From positions 15,175 through 79,174 of IMG/VR virus record IMGVR_UViG_3300020438_000021: a DNA stretch of 64,000 nucleotides; one strand, given 5' to 3'. The notes below the pieces were generated by a model. That model saw only the letters and a list, made by a program, of their open reading frames with translations, searched no databases and was not told where the DNA came from. Source of the stretch: a virus. The position numbers were made by a program, and so were the translations under genes. Numbering within the stretch: the stretch's first letter is position 1; every line of letters begins with the position of its first letter. This document shows, piece after piece, positions 35,110 to 46,400 of the stretch.

Positions 35110-36034
35110 GTTTGTTAACTGGTTCAATTCCTTTAATGGGAAGATGAACTGCTATACGACAGTCTATGACTTTGAACACTTCAAGAACGAGGTGAAGATG
35201 GAAAACTCTGTTGTATTAGATAGAGCGTTTCTAGATTTCGATGCCCATGATGAACCACTAGAGAATGCTTATGAAGACTTGAAGAATGTGATATCTAAAT
35301 TAACGTTAGAGGACATTATATTCAAAATGTATTTTAGTGGAAAAGGCTTCCATGTCTTTGTCTATGGAGAACCAGTAGATGATATCAGAAGCATTCAGCA
35401 GTATTATTCCGAAATCAGTGATGGTATTGATACGCTTGATAGAACGGGTATCCAAACTAATAGACTAAGAAGACTACCAAACTCAATGAATCTAAGTAGT
35501 TCTGATGAGAATGGTAATCCCTACTTCTGTATACCTCTTCTAATTGAAGACTTTGAAGGTAATCTAGATGATATATTGGGAATGGCTAAGAGACCTAGAA
35601 AGGTAGTATCGAGTAATGGGACTAAACTAGCAGTGTTCCCTGAGATGAAACCAATCGAAATGAGCGACATTGAAGTAGAGATTCCTACTCCTGTCGGTAA
35701 GATTCCAATCCTTCCATGTCTACACAATGCTATCATGGTTGAGAATCCTAGTCACTATGCTAGAGTATACCTCGTTCAGTGGTATCGTGACCTACTAAGT
35801 ATGGGTAACAGGAATCCTACTCCTGAGCAGAACAAACAAATCACAACTACCATAATGAGTGAACTTGACACAATAGCATCAAAAACCGACATATGGCTTG
35901 ATTGGAATGCGCCTACTACTGAGAGGTATGTTAGGGGAATCGTTGACAAAGGCTACAATGCTCCAAGTTGTGGCAATGTTCTGATTCCTCAAGGCTACTG
36001 CGTAGGAAAGTGTTGGAGGTATCATGATGGATAA
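35024..36034 (+). CDS. priS: Archaeo-eukaryotic primase, PriS fused to a PriL C-terminal Fe-S domain
   Basis: LDFDA, SGKGFHV, RLRRLP; C-terminal PCLH..HYAR..YNAPSC..YCVGKC. Confidence 0.85.
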   Translation: MKMPREVWAGSHLRNAPQMKRRVVKTKSEFVNWFNSFNGKMNCYTTVYDFEHFKNEVKMENSVVLDRAFLDFDAHDEPLENAYEDLKNVISKLTLEDIIFKMYFSGKGFHVFVYGEPVDDIRSIQQYYSEISDGIDTLDRTGIQTNRLRRLPNSMNLSSSDENGNPYFCIPLLIEDFEGNLDDILGMAKRPRKVVSSNGTKLAVFPEMKPIEMSDIEVEIPTPVGKIPILPCLHNAIMVENPSHYARVYLVQWYRDLLSMGNRNPTPEQNKQITTTIMSELDTIASKTDIWLDWNAPTTERYVRGIVDKGYNAPSCGNVLIPQGYCVGKCWRYHDG

Positions 36035-36716
36035 ACTAAAGATTGACAGCAGAGAAGACTCAGAACTCTCTGAATTAGTGGAGACTTACTGTAACGAGTT
36101 GACCATACCATACGAGAAAGAATGGTTGGATATTGGGGACTACACCTTTGCTGATGTTTGTTTTGAAGCGAAGTCCACGTTTGATTTCCTCTCATCTGTG
36201 ATTAACAAAAGACTTTGGAATCAGTTGGATAACATGGATGCCAAGTTCGTCAACAATGTTGTTATTGTATACGGTAGTTTCAACGATGCTTTAGAAAACC
36301 ACTTGCATTATGTCAACAACAAAGCAGGACAAGCAAGAATGCTAAGAAACAAGTTTGATGGCGCATTCGGTAAGATAATACTAGACACTGATGCAAACAT
36401 AATTTGGGTTTCATCTGCTAGGCAAGCAGCGAGATTGATTGCTGTTGTTTGCAAGATGCACCCAATAGATAGGGAGATTCACACGCCTTCTATAATTAGA
36501 AAGCGTATAGCAACTACCGATTTGAGAATAGATGTGCTATGCACAGTAAAGGGCATAAGCCCTAAGAAAGCAAAACTCCTGATGGAAAAGTTCGGCTCTA
36601 TCATGGAGATAGGAGAAGCATCCATAGAAGAAATATGTGAACTGGATGGTTTCGGTAAAGTGTTGGCTAAGAGGCTAATAGATGTGCTGAACAAAGAAGA
36701 TAAAATGGTGATATAA
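36024..36716 (+). CDS. ERCC4/XPF (Hef-like) nuclease with HhH repeats
   Basis: IDSRE, IGDY, EAKS; VKGISPKKA...LDGFGKVLA. Confidence 0.85.
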   Translation: MMDKLKIDSREDSELSELVETYCNELTIPYEKEWLDIGDYTFADVCFEAKSTFDFLSSVINKRLWNQLDNMDAKFVNNVVIVYGSFNDALENHLHYVNNKAGQARMLRNKFDGAFGKIILDTDANIIWVSSARQAARLIAVVCKMHPIDREIHTPSIIRKRIATTDLRIDVLCTVKGISPKKAKLLMEKFGSIMEIGEASIEEICELDGFGKVLAKRLIDVLNKEDKMVI

Positions 36717-38186
36717 ATGAATAATGATAATGATGAATATAATGAAGACCGACTATACTATGAAGGATTGAGCGAAGATGCAATCGTTCCAATAGAGAAG
36801 AAAAACAGTCTACCGAAGGTAGTAGAACAATATGTGAAAGATGCGGCAGACATGTCCAAGTATAATGAGATACCAGCAGCGATTGGTTTCTTTGTTATCT
36901 TAGGTCAGTTATCGAAGGATATGATTTCCATACCAAGCGGAACAAGAAGAGATGACACAAGGATACATTTCCTGTGGATGCAGACTTCGGGAACTGGTAA
37001 GACTGAGATGTATAACTTCTTTGGACCAATTGCAAAGGAAGCCATGCGTTTGATTAATGCTAAACATCGAACTAACTTTGATGTGTTTTCTGTGGACGAT
37101 GCCACCGATGCTGCACTGATTGGTTCTAATGAAAAGGAAAGAGTAGAGGTAGAAGACGAAAATGGAAATACGTCTTGGGAAGAACAACTAGTTCAGATAG
37201 ATGGTGGTTTAGAAGGTAGTGGATTGATTGCTTATGATGAGTTTGAATACTCAGGAGTCTTCAAGGCTTCTCAACATAAAGAGAATGTAATCATGTATTT
37301 AAACAAACTAATGAACACTCTGTATGGTGAGAACTGGATTATACAGAAGAAACTGCGTCAAGGTGATATGATTGAATGCAGAAGTCAAAGAAGTCTCTAT
37401 GCAACTACATACATCCCAAAGACCCTAACTAGCATTATAGCAGAGAAGGGAGTAATTCAAAGAACTCTAATTTACATCAGAGAAGTTCCACAGGAAATAC
37501 AGGATGAATTGAGAGAAATGATTCTAGATGAGATAGGAACAATCAAACCAAGGAATGCTCCTATTCAGAAACAGGCTAACAACTTCGCTTTGATTTATGA
37601 TGCTCTGAAAGAAAGATACGAAGATGCTGGTAATGACCCCTTACACACAATGAGATTTGGTAGGGGATTCAATGACGCATTGAAGAATGAATCTAACAAA
37701 ATGAGAAACTATGTATCAAGCAGTAGACCTGAAGTGTTCGAGATTGCTGGTAACTTTATCACAAGGTTAAATCAAACCATGACTAGGCTCGCAGTTCTAT
37801 GTTGTGTGGCCGAAGCACCCAATATCAAGGACAAAGAAAAGAGGTTCATTGTGACCGAAAGGCATGTGCGTCAAGCCTCTTCGGTTATTCGACAATGCTA
37901 TAAATCGCTGGTAACGTGGCTTGATGTAGCCTTGAAGGTGAAGGCAACTGCTTTACATGAGAAAGTTAATGTTAATGCGTTTAAGATGGCGTATAATAAG
38001 TTGCTAAGAGAAGATGATGATGGTTGGGTGAATAAAGCACTATTGTTAGAAAAAGTAAGGAAAGATACTAAGAAAGGACAAGCAACCATATACAGACAGT
38101 TTAAGGAGATTTCAGATATGTTCGATAACAAGAAAATCGGCATACGAGCATATGTGAGAATGAAAAATAAGGAGGAAAAAGAATGA
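36717..38186 (+). CDS. MCM-like AAA+ ATPase, probable replicative helicase
   Basis: IHFLWMQTSGTGKT, TDAALIG, AYDEFE, C-terminal VTERHV and wHTH-like tail. Confidence 0.6.
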   Translation: MNNDNDEYNEDRLYYEGLSEDAIVPIEKKNSLPKVVEQYVKDAADMSKYNEIPAAIGFFVILGQLSKDMISIPSGTRRDDTRIHFLWMQTSGTGKTEMYNFFGPIAKEAMRLINAKHRTNFDVFSVDDATDAALIGSNEKERVEVEDENGNTSWEEQLVQIDGGLEGSGLIAYDEFEYSGVFKASQHKENVIMYLNKLMNTLYGENWIIQKKLRQGDMIECRSQRSLYATTYIPKTLTSIIAEKGVIQRTLIYIREVPQEIQDELREMILDEIGTIKPRNAPIQKQANNFALIYDALKERYEDAGNDPLHTMRFGRGFNDALKNESNKMRNYVSSSRPEVFEIAGNFITRLNQTMTRLAVLCCVAEAPNIKDKEKRFIVTERHVRQASSVIRQCYKSLVTWLDVALKVKATALHEKVNVNAFKMAYNKLLREDDDGWVNKALLLEKVRKDTKKGQATIYRQFKEISDMFDNKKIGIRAYVRMKNKEEKE

Positions 38187-38434
38187 CAAAAAAAGATACA
38201 TACGAACATCAATTCTTGGTGTTTAACGTAAGTGATGGCCCAAAAACGATAAATGAGTCCCTGAACACATATGGGAACGATGGATGGTATCTATCAACGA
38301 TGATAACAGTCGGTGGTGGAGAACATCTAGTAGCATGGATGGTTAAACCAAACCTAATCCAAGCACCAAACCCAAAAGAGGCTCAGGCTAAGAAGATAGC
38401 AGGACTATGGACAGGGGAAAGTGGTGACGAGTGA
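38183..38434 (+). CDS. DUF4177-like small protein
   Basis: YEHQF...LNTYGNDGWYL pattern. Confidence 0.55.
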   Translation: MTKKDTYEHQFLVFNVSDGPKTINESLNTYGNDGWYLSTMITVGGGEHLVAWMVKPNLIQAPNPKEAQAKKIAGLWTGESGDE

Positions 38435-39024
38435 ACGTCTTAGCCCTTGATATTGAAACTAAAAACTACTCTCATGAAATTGGGGGTTGGGGTAATACTC
38501 ACATGTTTCAAGTATCTACTGTATGCACATGGGATGGAAGCACTGGAACAGTGTATATCGATGAACCGATATCATCCATACGCAAATCAAACGTAGTAGT
38601 CAAACCATTATCAGAACTAAAGTTTGACTTGGATACACATCGACAGAACGATGGTGTCTTGTTAGGACACAATATTGTTTCTTTCGATTTGGCTGTGTTG
38701 AAAAATGCAATGGATATTTATTGCATTAAGGAATACCTAGATAAGAAAGCATACATCGATACCAGTAGAATACTGAATAAGGGATATGGCGAGAGATTCA
38801 GTCTTTCCAATCTTGTTCATCACACATTAGGTGCTGAGAAGTTAATGGAAAGTGCTGATGCTCCCCTAGTTTGGAAAGCAGGTAGATACACTGAAGTAGC
38901 AGATTACTGTCTCAAGGATTGTGAATTGGTCTATGACCTATGGGTATACGGCAAAGAAAACAACATAGTCAAAGGGTTTTCCATAGAAGAAGAAAAAGCA
39001 AAAGAATTGGAGGTGGAGTGGTAG
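38431..39024 (+). CDS. DEDDy 3'-5' exonuclease (RNase H-like fold)
   Basis: LDIET, GHNIVSFD, YCLKD. Confidence 0.85.
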   Translation: MNVLALDIETKNYSHEIGGWGNTHMFQVSTVCTWDGSTGTVYIDEPISSIRKSNVVVKPLSELKFDLDTHRQNDGVLLGHNIVSFDLAVLKNAMDIYCIKEYLDKKAYIDTSRILNKGYGERFSLSNLVHHTLGAEKLMESADAPLVWKAGRYTEVADYCLKDCELVYDLWVYGKENNIVKGFSIEEEKAKELEVEW

Positions 39025-39183
39025 ATGAGTCCGTGGGAATGGTTCGGATGGATTGTGTTCGTCATCATAATTTCTCTTTTATTCTTCGCTGCGTTTGGTA
39101 ACAGTAAATACACTGAATCCACCATCGAAGAGTATATGGAGAACTTGATTGAAGACGAGCGTGTTCGCAGTGGCCCTCGTTAA
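39025..39183 (+). CDS. Small single-TM protein (not in ORF track)
   Basis: MSPWEWFGWIVFVIIISLLFFAAFG...; GGAGGTG RBS. Confidence 0.65.
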   Translation: MSPWEWFGWIVFVIIISLLFFAAFGNSKYTESTIEEYMENLIEDERVRSGPR

Positions 39184-39307
39184 AACTTGCTTTCAGTGTT
39201 CTAGGGAAACTATTCCTAGAAGAATAGAAGGCAAGGTAGTTGGCTCTTCTGAGACTTTGCACATATGGCAGTGCAGAGAATGTAAAGCGTTGTGGTCTAG
39301 TAATTAA
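39170..39307 (+). CDS. 45-aa zinc ribbon resembling the TFS/TFIIS C-terminal domain (not in ORF track)
   Basis: MALVKTCFQCSRETIPRRIEGKVVGSSETLHIWQCRECKALWSSN; followed by a T-rich terminator. Confidence 0.55.
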   Translation: MALVKTCFQCSRETIPRRIEGKVVGSSETLHIWQCRECKALWSSN

Positions 39308-39314
39308 TTTTACT

Positions 39315-39346
39315 AGGCCACCTCGCCTTTTTTTTGGTTTTTTTTG
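39315..39346 (+). terminator. Oligo-T archaeal-type terminator ending the replication operon
   Basis: AGGC..GCCT followed by two long T tracts. Confidence 0.65.
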
Positions 39347-39421
39347 GGTAATTTTCAAGCCAACAGCAGCGCACTTAAAGTCGCAATTTATTTTTACCTC
39401 CTAGTGCAGAAAGTAAACTAT

Positions 39422-39565
39422 ATGCTTCTAGTAGATGACCGTTTAATAAATGAAATAGTGAATGCCCCAATAGAAATCAATCTAATGCCAATATCATTGG
39501 CTCTATTGTTTCTCACTGTTGGCTGTGGATTAGCCTATCTAAAATGGGGTGTGAAACATGAGTAA
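39422..39565 (+). CDS. Small membrane protein (start revised)
   Basis: C-terminal TM helix in ORF 39344..39565. Confidence 0.45.
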   Translation: MLLVDDRLINEIVNAPIEINLMPISLALLFLTVGCGLAYLKWGVKHE

Positions 39566-39749
39566 AACAAACAGTGTAATGTTTCTAAAATGCTTAGATG
39601 AGATGTTCAAAGAGTGGGATGAAACTGAATGATTATATGGGAACTGTGTTACGGTCTTTGGTGTTGGGGTAGATTCAAACCATGAAACCATTCATCGGAG
39701 TATGCATAACCTGTGAGTGGTTTAGACCAATAGAATATTCTAGGTTCGG

Positions 39750-40061
39750 TTGTTTCTGCTCTTATTGTGGTGCGTATGTATGAAACAGTGGCTAATTAGA
39801 AAATTGATTTCCTTCATGGGTCATACCTATGTTTGGTTGGATAAAAAACTAGACCATCCTGAAGGACCAGTTCTAGGTTTGAAGATTGATGATGACTTTG
39901 CTGCAATGAGTAGATATGAATTGTGCTGCCATATAGAAGATAAGTTTGGATTAGACAGAGACTCCTTTTGGAAGTTAGAGTCAACACAGAAAATTCGCTA
40001 CTGCTGTCAAACCGCTAGAAACATACTGACTCCTAAAAAGGGAAGAAGAAAGAAGGCTTAG
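39750..40061 (+). CDS. Hypothetical protein (likely start at MKQWL)
   Basis: Last + strand gene; its stop overlaps the convergent gene's stop. Confidence 0.65.
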   Translation: MFLLLLWCVCMKQWLIRKLISFMGHTYVWLDKKLDHPEGPVLGLKIDDDFAAMSRYELCCHIEDKFGLDRDSFWKLESTQKIRYCCQTARNILTPKKGRRKKA

Positions 40062-40402
40062 TTTCCATTCAGTGTTCTACCCAAAGGTGATTGTGGGTCT
40101 ATGAACATTATACCTCTTGGGTGATTCTGAAAGAAATCAGGCTGATATGGTTGATGTTGAGCATATGAGTTAGGCGGAGTATTACCGTATAGTTGTGCAA
40201 GGTTATCAGGCCAATCAAGCAATGCTTGTCTGTAATCAGTTAACTGCTGCTTCTCTTCATCTGTCAAGGAATTCCAAAGCATAGGTTTTGATTGGTAGTA
40301 ATCTACATATGTCACCAGCATAAAGTCCCTAGATGCTCTAACCTTAGCCATAGCCTCTTCCATACTAATCGTTATCTCTTCTCCATGTTCTCCCATTGCC
40401 AC
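40058..40402 (-). CDS. Tail fibre assembly chaperone-like protein
   Basis: VRASRDFML...YRQALLDWP pattern; directly downstream of a fibre gene. Confidence 0.7.
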   Translation of the reverse strand: MAMGEHGEEITISMEEAMAKVRASRDFMLVTYVDYYQSKPMLWNSLTDEEKQQLTDYRQALLDWPDNLAQLYGNTPPNSYAQHQPYQPDFFQNHPRGIMFIDPQSPLGRTLNGN

Positions 40403-40411
40403 CTAATCACC

Positions 40412-43400
40412 TCATGTCTCCCTGAATGTTATTGCAGCCCTAACAGGACCAACCTGCGTATCAGTGTATCCTGACAATCCGGTTGCTCTCAAGTTGAATG
40501 TATCACCTGCTGAGTATGTAGTCCCGTTCCCACTGAAGGATGTAAATTCCTTTGAGAACTGATTACCACCACTTCCACTTGCATTGTATGTGAATGTGGT
40601 AGTTGATGCAGACCTGTTTTTGAATACTGTAATCGTCTGATTGGAGGAGTTCGTTTCACTTCCGTTATTCCCAAAGGACAGATGTATGCTGACTAACTCA
40701 CAATCTTTTGGTATAGGGAAACCAATATCAGAGCCTGAAGAACTCCGAGTTGTGTTTTGTTCTGCGTCACCATAGCCCAAGAAGAATCCATTTGCATTTC
40801 CTGCTCCTGCCGTTGATGTAACGTAAAAGTCTCCTTCGGCAGCATTTATGACAAACTCCCTATCAGCAGGAGTAGATAACTTCCTGATGCTGATTTGCGA
40901 TTGGTTAACCTCAGTTGAGATGTTTGTATTCTGCTGTGCATCTATTCTTATCCTGATGTAATCGTTAGCAGTATGCTGATAGATGAAAGAGGCAGAAAGA
41001 CCTGAACCACCGGAAGCCTCTCTTGTGTAGACCTGTGACCTTGACTGTGTGATAGTTGTGAGGTTAGAAGAAAAGGAATCGTTGCTCGCAGTCTGAGCGA
41101 AGGCGAATATCCTTGTTCTGTCAGCCCCAGTGCTACCATCATCATTAATGGGAAGGCTGTAAGAAACCTCATAGTATCCAGCATCAACGATTCTGATATG
41201 TCCATCAGCACCTTTCGATGCGTTGCCTGAAGGGTCTAATACCTCAGTATCGAATGGTATGGTTCGCTCTGTTAGGTCTACATCGGTGTTTCCACTGTCC
41301 ATATACACAACAGGCTTCGACCCGTCACTCTCTGCACTACTTCCTCCACCTGCGTTTGCATCTACATACGCCTTGACAGATTGTTGTGTCGGTACTCTTG
41401 AAGCGGAGTTTGAAGCCATGTTGTCTTCGTCAATTGCTGCAAGGACTGAGTTACCTGCTACTAGCAAATCGTTGAAGTGTCCTTCTGACCATCGCTTTCC
41501 ATCTTGTCCAAGTGCAACAACTCCATTACCACCCGGTCTGATTATAGTATCTTGAATTATGAACTGAACAGTATTGTCTATCGCAAAAGACATGTTATTA
41601 TCAGTTGCAAAATCAATGTAGGCATCGGATGCTCCATAACCTACTTTCAACGAGGAGTTCAGAATAGAAGTAATGCCTGTTTGTGCTGCCGTTACTGCCA
41701 TATCATTTGCATTAGCGGTTATACCAGTTCCACCAATTACATTGAGTGTAGCAGAACCACTTGATGCTCCACCAGTTAAACCAGTACCTGCTACAACTGC
41801 GGTAATATCACCACTACCACCTGCACTAGCAACAAGGTCAATTGTACCATCAGCATCCTGATACGTTGCAGTAATGTTAGTCTCAGTGTTACTAGAGAAC
41901 ATCGCACCTACGATATCTTGCACTTGTTCAGTAGTAAGATTAGTATTTGTATCAGTAGTATAGCCATAAGCCTCAATCTTCTCCTTGATTGCTTGAGAAG
42001 TCATTAGGGAAGTGTCATTATCGGAGAAAGAAGTGTTGATTGTAGTGACTCTAGCACCAGTTCCAACCTGCAAACCTGAATCGCTTATGTTCATCCTAGC
42101 AGTTGAACCAGTGTTGAAGGACTGAGTATCTGTACCAAATGTGATAGTGTTATTCGTATCTCCGGTGTGGACAATACCAGTTGAAGTTGAAATGAATCCA
42201 TTTACATCTAGTGGGAAAGCAGGACTCGTAGTGCCTATTCCGATATTACCACCATCAGTTAATATTGACAGACGTGCTATCGAATTATCTGTATAATCTT
42301 CTGCGGCATTGTAACTGGACATGGGGCTGCTTGTTCCTGCGGATAATTCTAACCTGCCTCTTCCATACGCATCAGTAGCGACAAACCTAACGCCAGCACC
42401 TATCCTACTACCTGTCTGTCCCGATGAGTCCTCGTTATTGTAGAACAACAGAGAGCCTATCTTGTCATCAGCAGCATAATCAGAATCTCTAGCATTGAGT
42501 AAGATAGTGGGGTTATTGGTAGCAGTGACATCAAGTAACGCTCTAGGAGTAGTAGTACCTATTCCGAGCCTACCCACATTTGTTAGTCTCATTTTTTCTG
42601 TTGCGGCTTCTGATGTTGCCGTCTTGAAAACTAAAGCCGCAGTGTTAGCAGTATCGGTAAAGTTTGCTTCTGCAACCGCAGAAACGGAAGCGGCTACTAA
42701 TCTCGCATCTCCATCTGTGCCGTCCCCTTCACTACCTGCTGCCCACTCTATAACACCCAAATCATCTGTATCGCTTACTGTGGTGTCACCCGTAGACAAT
42801 CTGATTATCGGGTCTGCTGACGCACTTCCATAGAACGTAGTTCTCATTGAGCCATCGAATTGCATTCTATCTGAGTTTGCTGATACGATGAAGAAGTCGT
42901 CACTGCTTGTTGTTCCTATCTTTCCGCCCCAAGTTTCTGCCCACATCTTTACAGTAGCATTACTTGAGCCATTGGTATTGTAAACTTGAACAAAGGTAGG
43001 GGCTAATGTTGCCAAATCTGTTGAATCATTAATAAATAGTGAACCACTAAGTTGTATGTCACCTGCTACATCTAATTCTTTAGCAGGAGTTGAAGTTCCT
43101 ATTCCGAGTTTACCATCATTGAGGAGATACATTTTCGTTGTACCTCCTGCTTGGAAGAAGATATCATCATCAGCATGTAGAGTCAAGTCATCACTTGCAG
43201 CCAATGTGACATCAGTTCCAGTCGAGTTCCAACCCAAGAAGGATGTTGCATCATCTACACTCAGGTATACTTTACCTGCTGTGCCAGTGACTCCTACTTC
43301 TAAGTCGCTTCCTACTATGACCTTGTTATTGACAGCATCCAAGTCAAGCATCTTGACATGAGCAGAACCACTGTGGGCATACAACTCCAAGTTGTCAGAA

Positions 43401-46400
43401 CCGTTGTATGTCTTGATGTATCCCGGTCCTGAGCCATAGCCGAGGAATAGACCATTCATGGTGGCAAAGCCATCAGCAGTAAGTAATGCTGAACCTGCTT
43501 GGTTAACATTTCCAACGCTTATCGAACCAGTGTATTTCACGTTGTCATCGGTCTGTGTTCCGAATACTATGTCTCCACCTAAGTCTGAGTTAAGTGCAGC
43601 GACAACCTCTGCATCACTCAGTTGTGTATTTGTGTTAGTTATCGCTCCTGTTGCTGCACCAAGGTATCCCCATTGTGCTGCTGATATCGTTGTAGAACCT
43701 ATGTTCTCTAACTGCGCTCCCTCTGCTGCTGTTAAGTTGGATATCTCAGTGACCTTGCTTGCTGTTATAGTAGGAATGTTAGATGCTGACAAACCACCAT
43801 CGAGTATGTTTATCTCAGCAAGTGAGGCAGTTATTCCTAGATTCGTTAATGCATTACCTTGTTGAGTTGAAGTTAATCCTTGATTGCTGACATCTACTCT
43901 CAATCTGTTTCCTAGAGAAGTTGCAGTTGTGGTTGAGAATGATGCATCATCTCCTAACGCTGCTGCAAGTTCATTTAGAGTGTTAAGTGCTGAAGGTGCT
44001 GAAGCAACGATTCCTGCTACCTCTGCATCAACGTATGCCTTGATAGATTGCTGGCTCGCTGCGGCTGTTGCACTATTGGAACTCATGTTGTCTTGGTCAA
44101 GAAGAGTCAATTGTGTATTTGCTGTCATATCGTCTACAACAAAATTGATTCTACCGTTAGTATCATCATAGGAGACTCCTATTCTTGTTTCTGTTCCAAC
44201 AAGCATACCACCTACAATGTCTTGAACCTGCTCAGTAGAGAGTTGTGTGTTAGTATTCGCCGTCATATCATCTACGACTAAATCGATAGTCCCGTCACCA
44301 TCTTGATATGTGGCTGATACTCTCGTTTCGGTATTGCTACTAAACATAGCACCAACTATATCTTGTACCTGTTCTGTGCTTAATTGAGTATCTGTGTTAG
44401 TAATTGCTCCCGATGCCGCACCTAAGTAGCCCCATTGTGCTGCGGAGATTGTTGTTGAGCCTATATTTTCTAATTGCGCCCCTTCATCTGCTGTTAAGTT
44501 ACTTAATTCAGTTACTTGTGATATAGCAATTGTTTTGTTGCTTAAGGTCTGAGAACCCGATAGTGTAGCAACTGTATTATCAATAGCAACTGTTACTGTA
44601 TCTGTATTACCAACTACTGTATCTATTCCTGTTCCACCCGCAATATCTAATGTATTACCATGTGCGATAGTTTGGTTAGTACCGGAATCTCCTGTTAAGG
44701 TAAAAGTAGTTAATTGATTTGTATTAGTATTAGCAGTCATATCATCCACTACCAAATCGATAGTGCCATCTCCGTCTTGGTAGGTAGCACTTATCCTAGT
44801 CTCAGTATTTGAACCGAACATCGCTCCTACAATGTCCTGCACCTGTTCTGTTGAGAGTTGAGTATTGTCATTAGCAGTCATATCGTCTACTACCAAATCA
44901 ATTGTTCCGTCACCATCCTGATACGTTGCACTTATTCTTGTCTCGGTGTTTGAACCGAACATTCCTCCGACTATATCTTGAACCTGTTCTGTGGTAAGTT
45001 GAGTGTTAGTGTTGGCAGAATTAAGAGTTATCGAATCCCCGCTTGTAGTAATTGTCATCCCACCAGCCGCCACCAGCGTTAGAGTATCAGTTGTTGAGTC
45101 AGCCGCAGCAGTCGTTTGCCCACTTACTGCCACATTGCTGAAGGCATTCTGATTGTTCTCTCCACCTGCACCTGCTGCTACAAGAGTGAAGCCTCCACTT
45201 GTATCATCATAACTTAGTAAATAATTATCAGTAGAAGAGTTTGCAGTATTTGTTGTACTTATTTTGGCTGCTGTGATAGCGTCATCAGCAATTCTTGCAG
45301 TTGCGAAAGTTCCCGAAGTTATTTTGCTTGCAGCAAGACTTGGTATTCTAGCAGTTCCTAGTGTTCCACTTGTTATTTTGGAAGACGCTAAGTTTGGTAT
45401 ATCACTTGCTGCAAGCCCATCGTCTAGTATGTTTATTTCTGCTAAGGAAGCGGTAATACCTAGATTTGTTAGGGCATTTCCTTGTTGGGTTGAAGTAAGT
45501 CCTTGATTACTAACGTCAACTCTTAATCTGTTTCCTAACGATGTAGCGGTTGTTGTGGAGAAAGAAGCATCGTCACCAAGAGCAGCAGCGAGTTCGTTCA
45601 AGGTATTGAGAGCAGATGGTGATGAGTCTACTAGTCCTGCAACTTCGCTATCGACATATGCCTTTATTGACTGTTGACTAGCAGCAGCAGTTGCACTATT
45701 AGTTGCAAAATTATCTTCGTCAAGTAATGTCAATTGAGTGTTTGCTGTCATGTCATCTACTACGAAATTAATCCTACCATTTGTATCATCATAAGTAACG
45801 CCGATTCTTGTTTCAGTACCTACTAACATTGCACCTACAATATCTTGAACTTGTTCTGTGGATAATTGTGTATTCGTATCAGCAGTCATGTCGTCAACGA
45901 CTAAATCTATTGTTCCATCTCCATCTTCGTATGTTGCAGATACCCTAGTCTCCGTGTTGCTTGTGAACATAGCACCGACAATATCCTGAACTTCTTCAGT
46001 TGTTAGTTGGGTATTGGTATCTGTGGCAGCAAGTGTTAGTGTTCCCGCCGCATCATCATACGTTTTGGTTATGTTAGAACCTGCTACGATTACACCTGCT
46101 ACAAAGTCCTCGACTTGCTCTTGGGTTAGTTGGGTATTCGTATCTGTTGATACGAAGTTTAACTTACCACCTGTATCATCATAAGTCACTGCAATATTGG
46201 TTTCTGTTCCTCCATCTACCATTGCCCCAATTATGTCTTGAACGTTTTCAGTAGTGAGAATAGTATCAGTGGTGAATGTGAGATTGCTCTGCATGTATGA
46301 TTGCAGTACACTGACATCCATTCTCTTCAATGTACCAGCATCACTGAGAACCAATTCATCAGTAGAATCAAGCCCACTAGTCAATGCTGTTTGTCCTGTA

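Noticed and set aside
39256-39270. Extra copy of the ACTTTG..CATATGG repeat
   Set aside because: Partial match with wrong spacing, inside a coding microgene; probably chance
9790-39358. Minus-strand ORFs over the plus-strand operon
   Set aside because: Almost all overlap motif-supported plus-strand genes; none shows a recognisable motif
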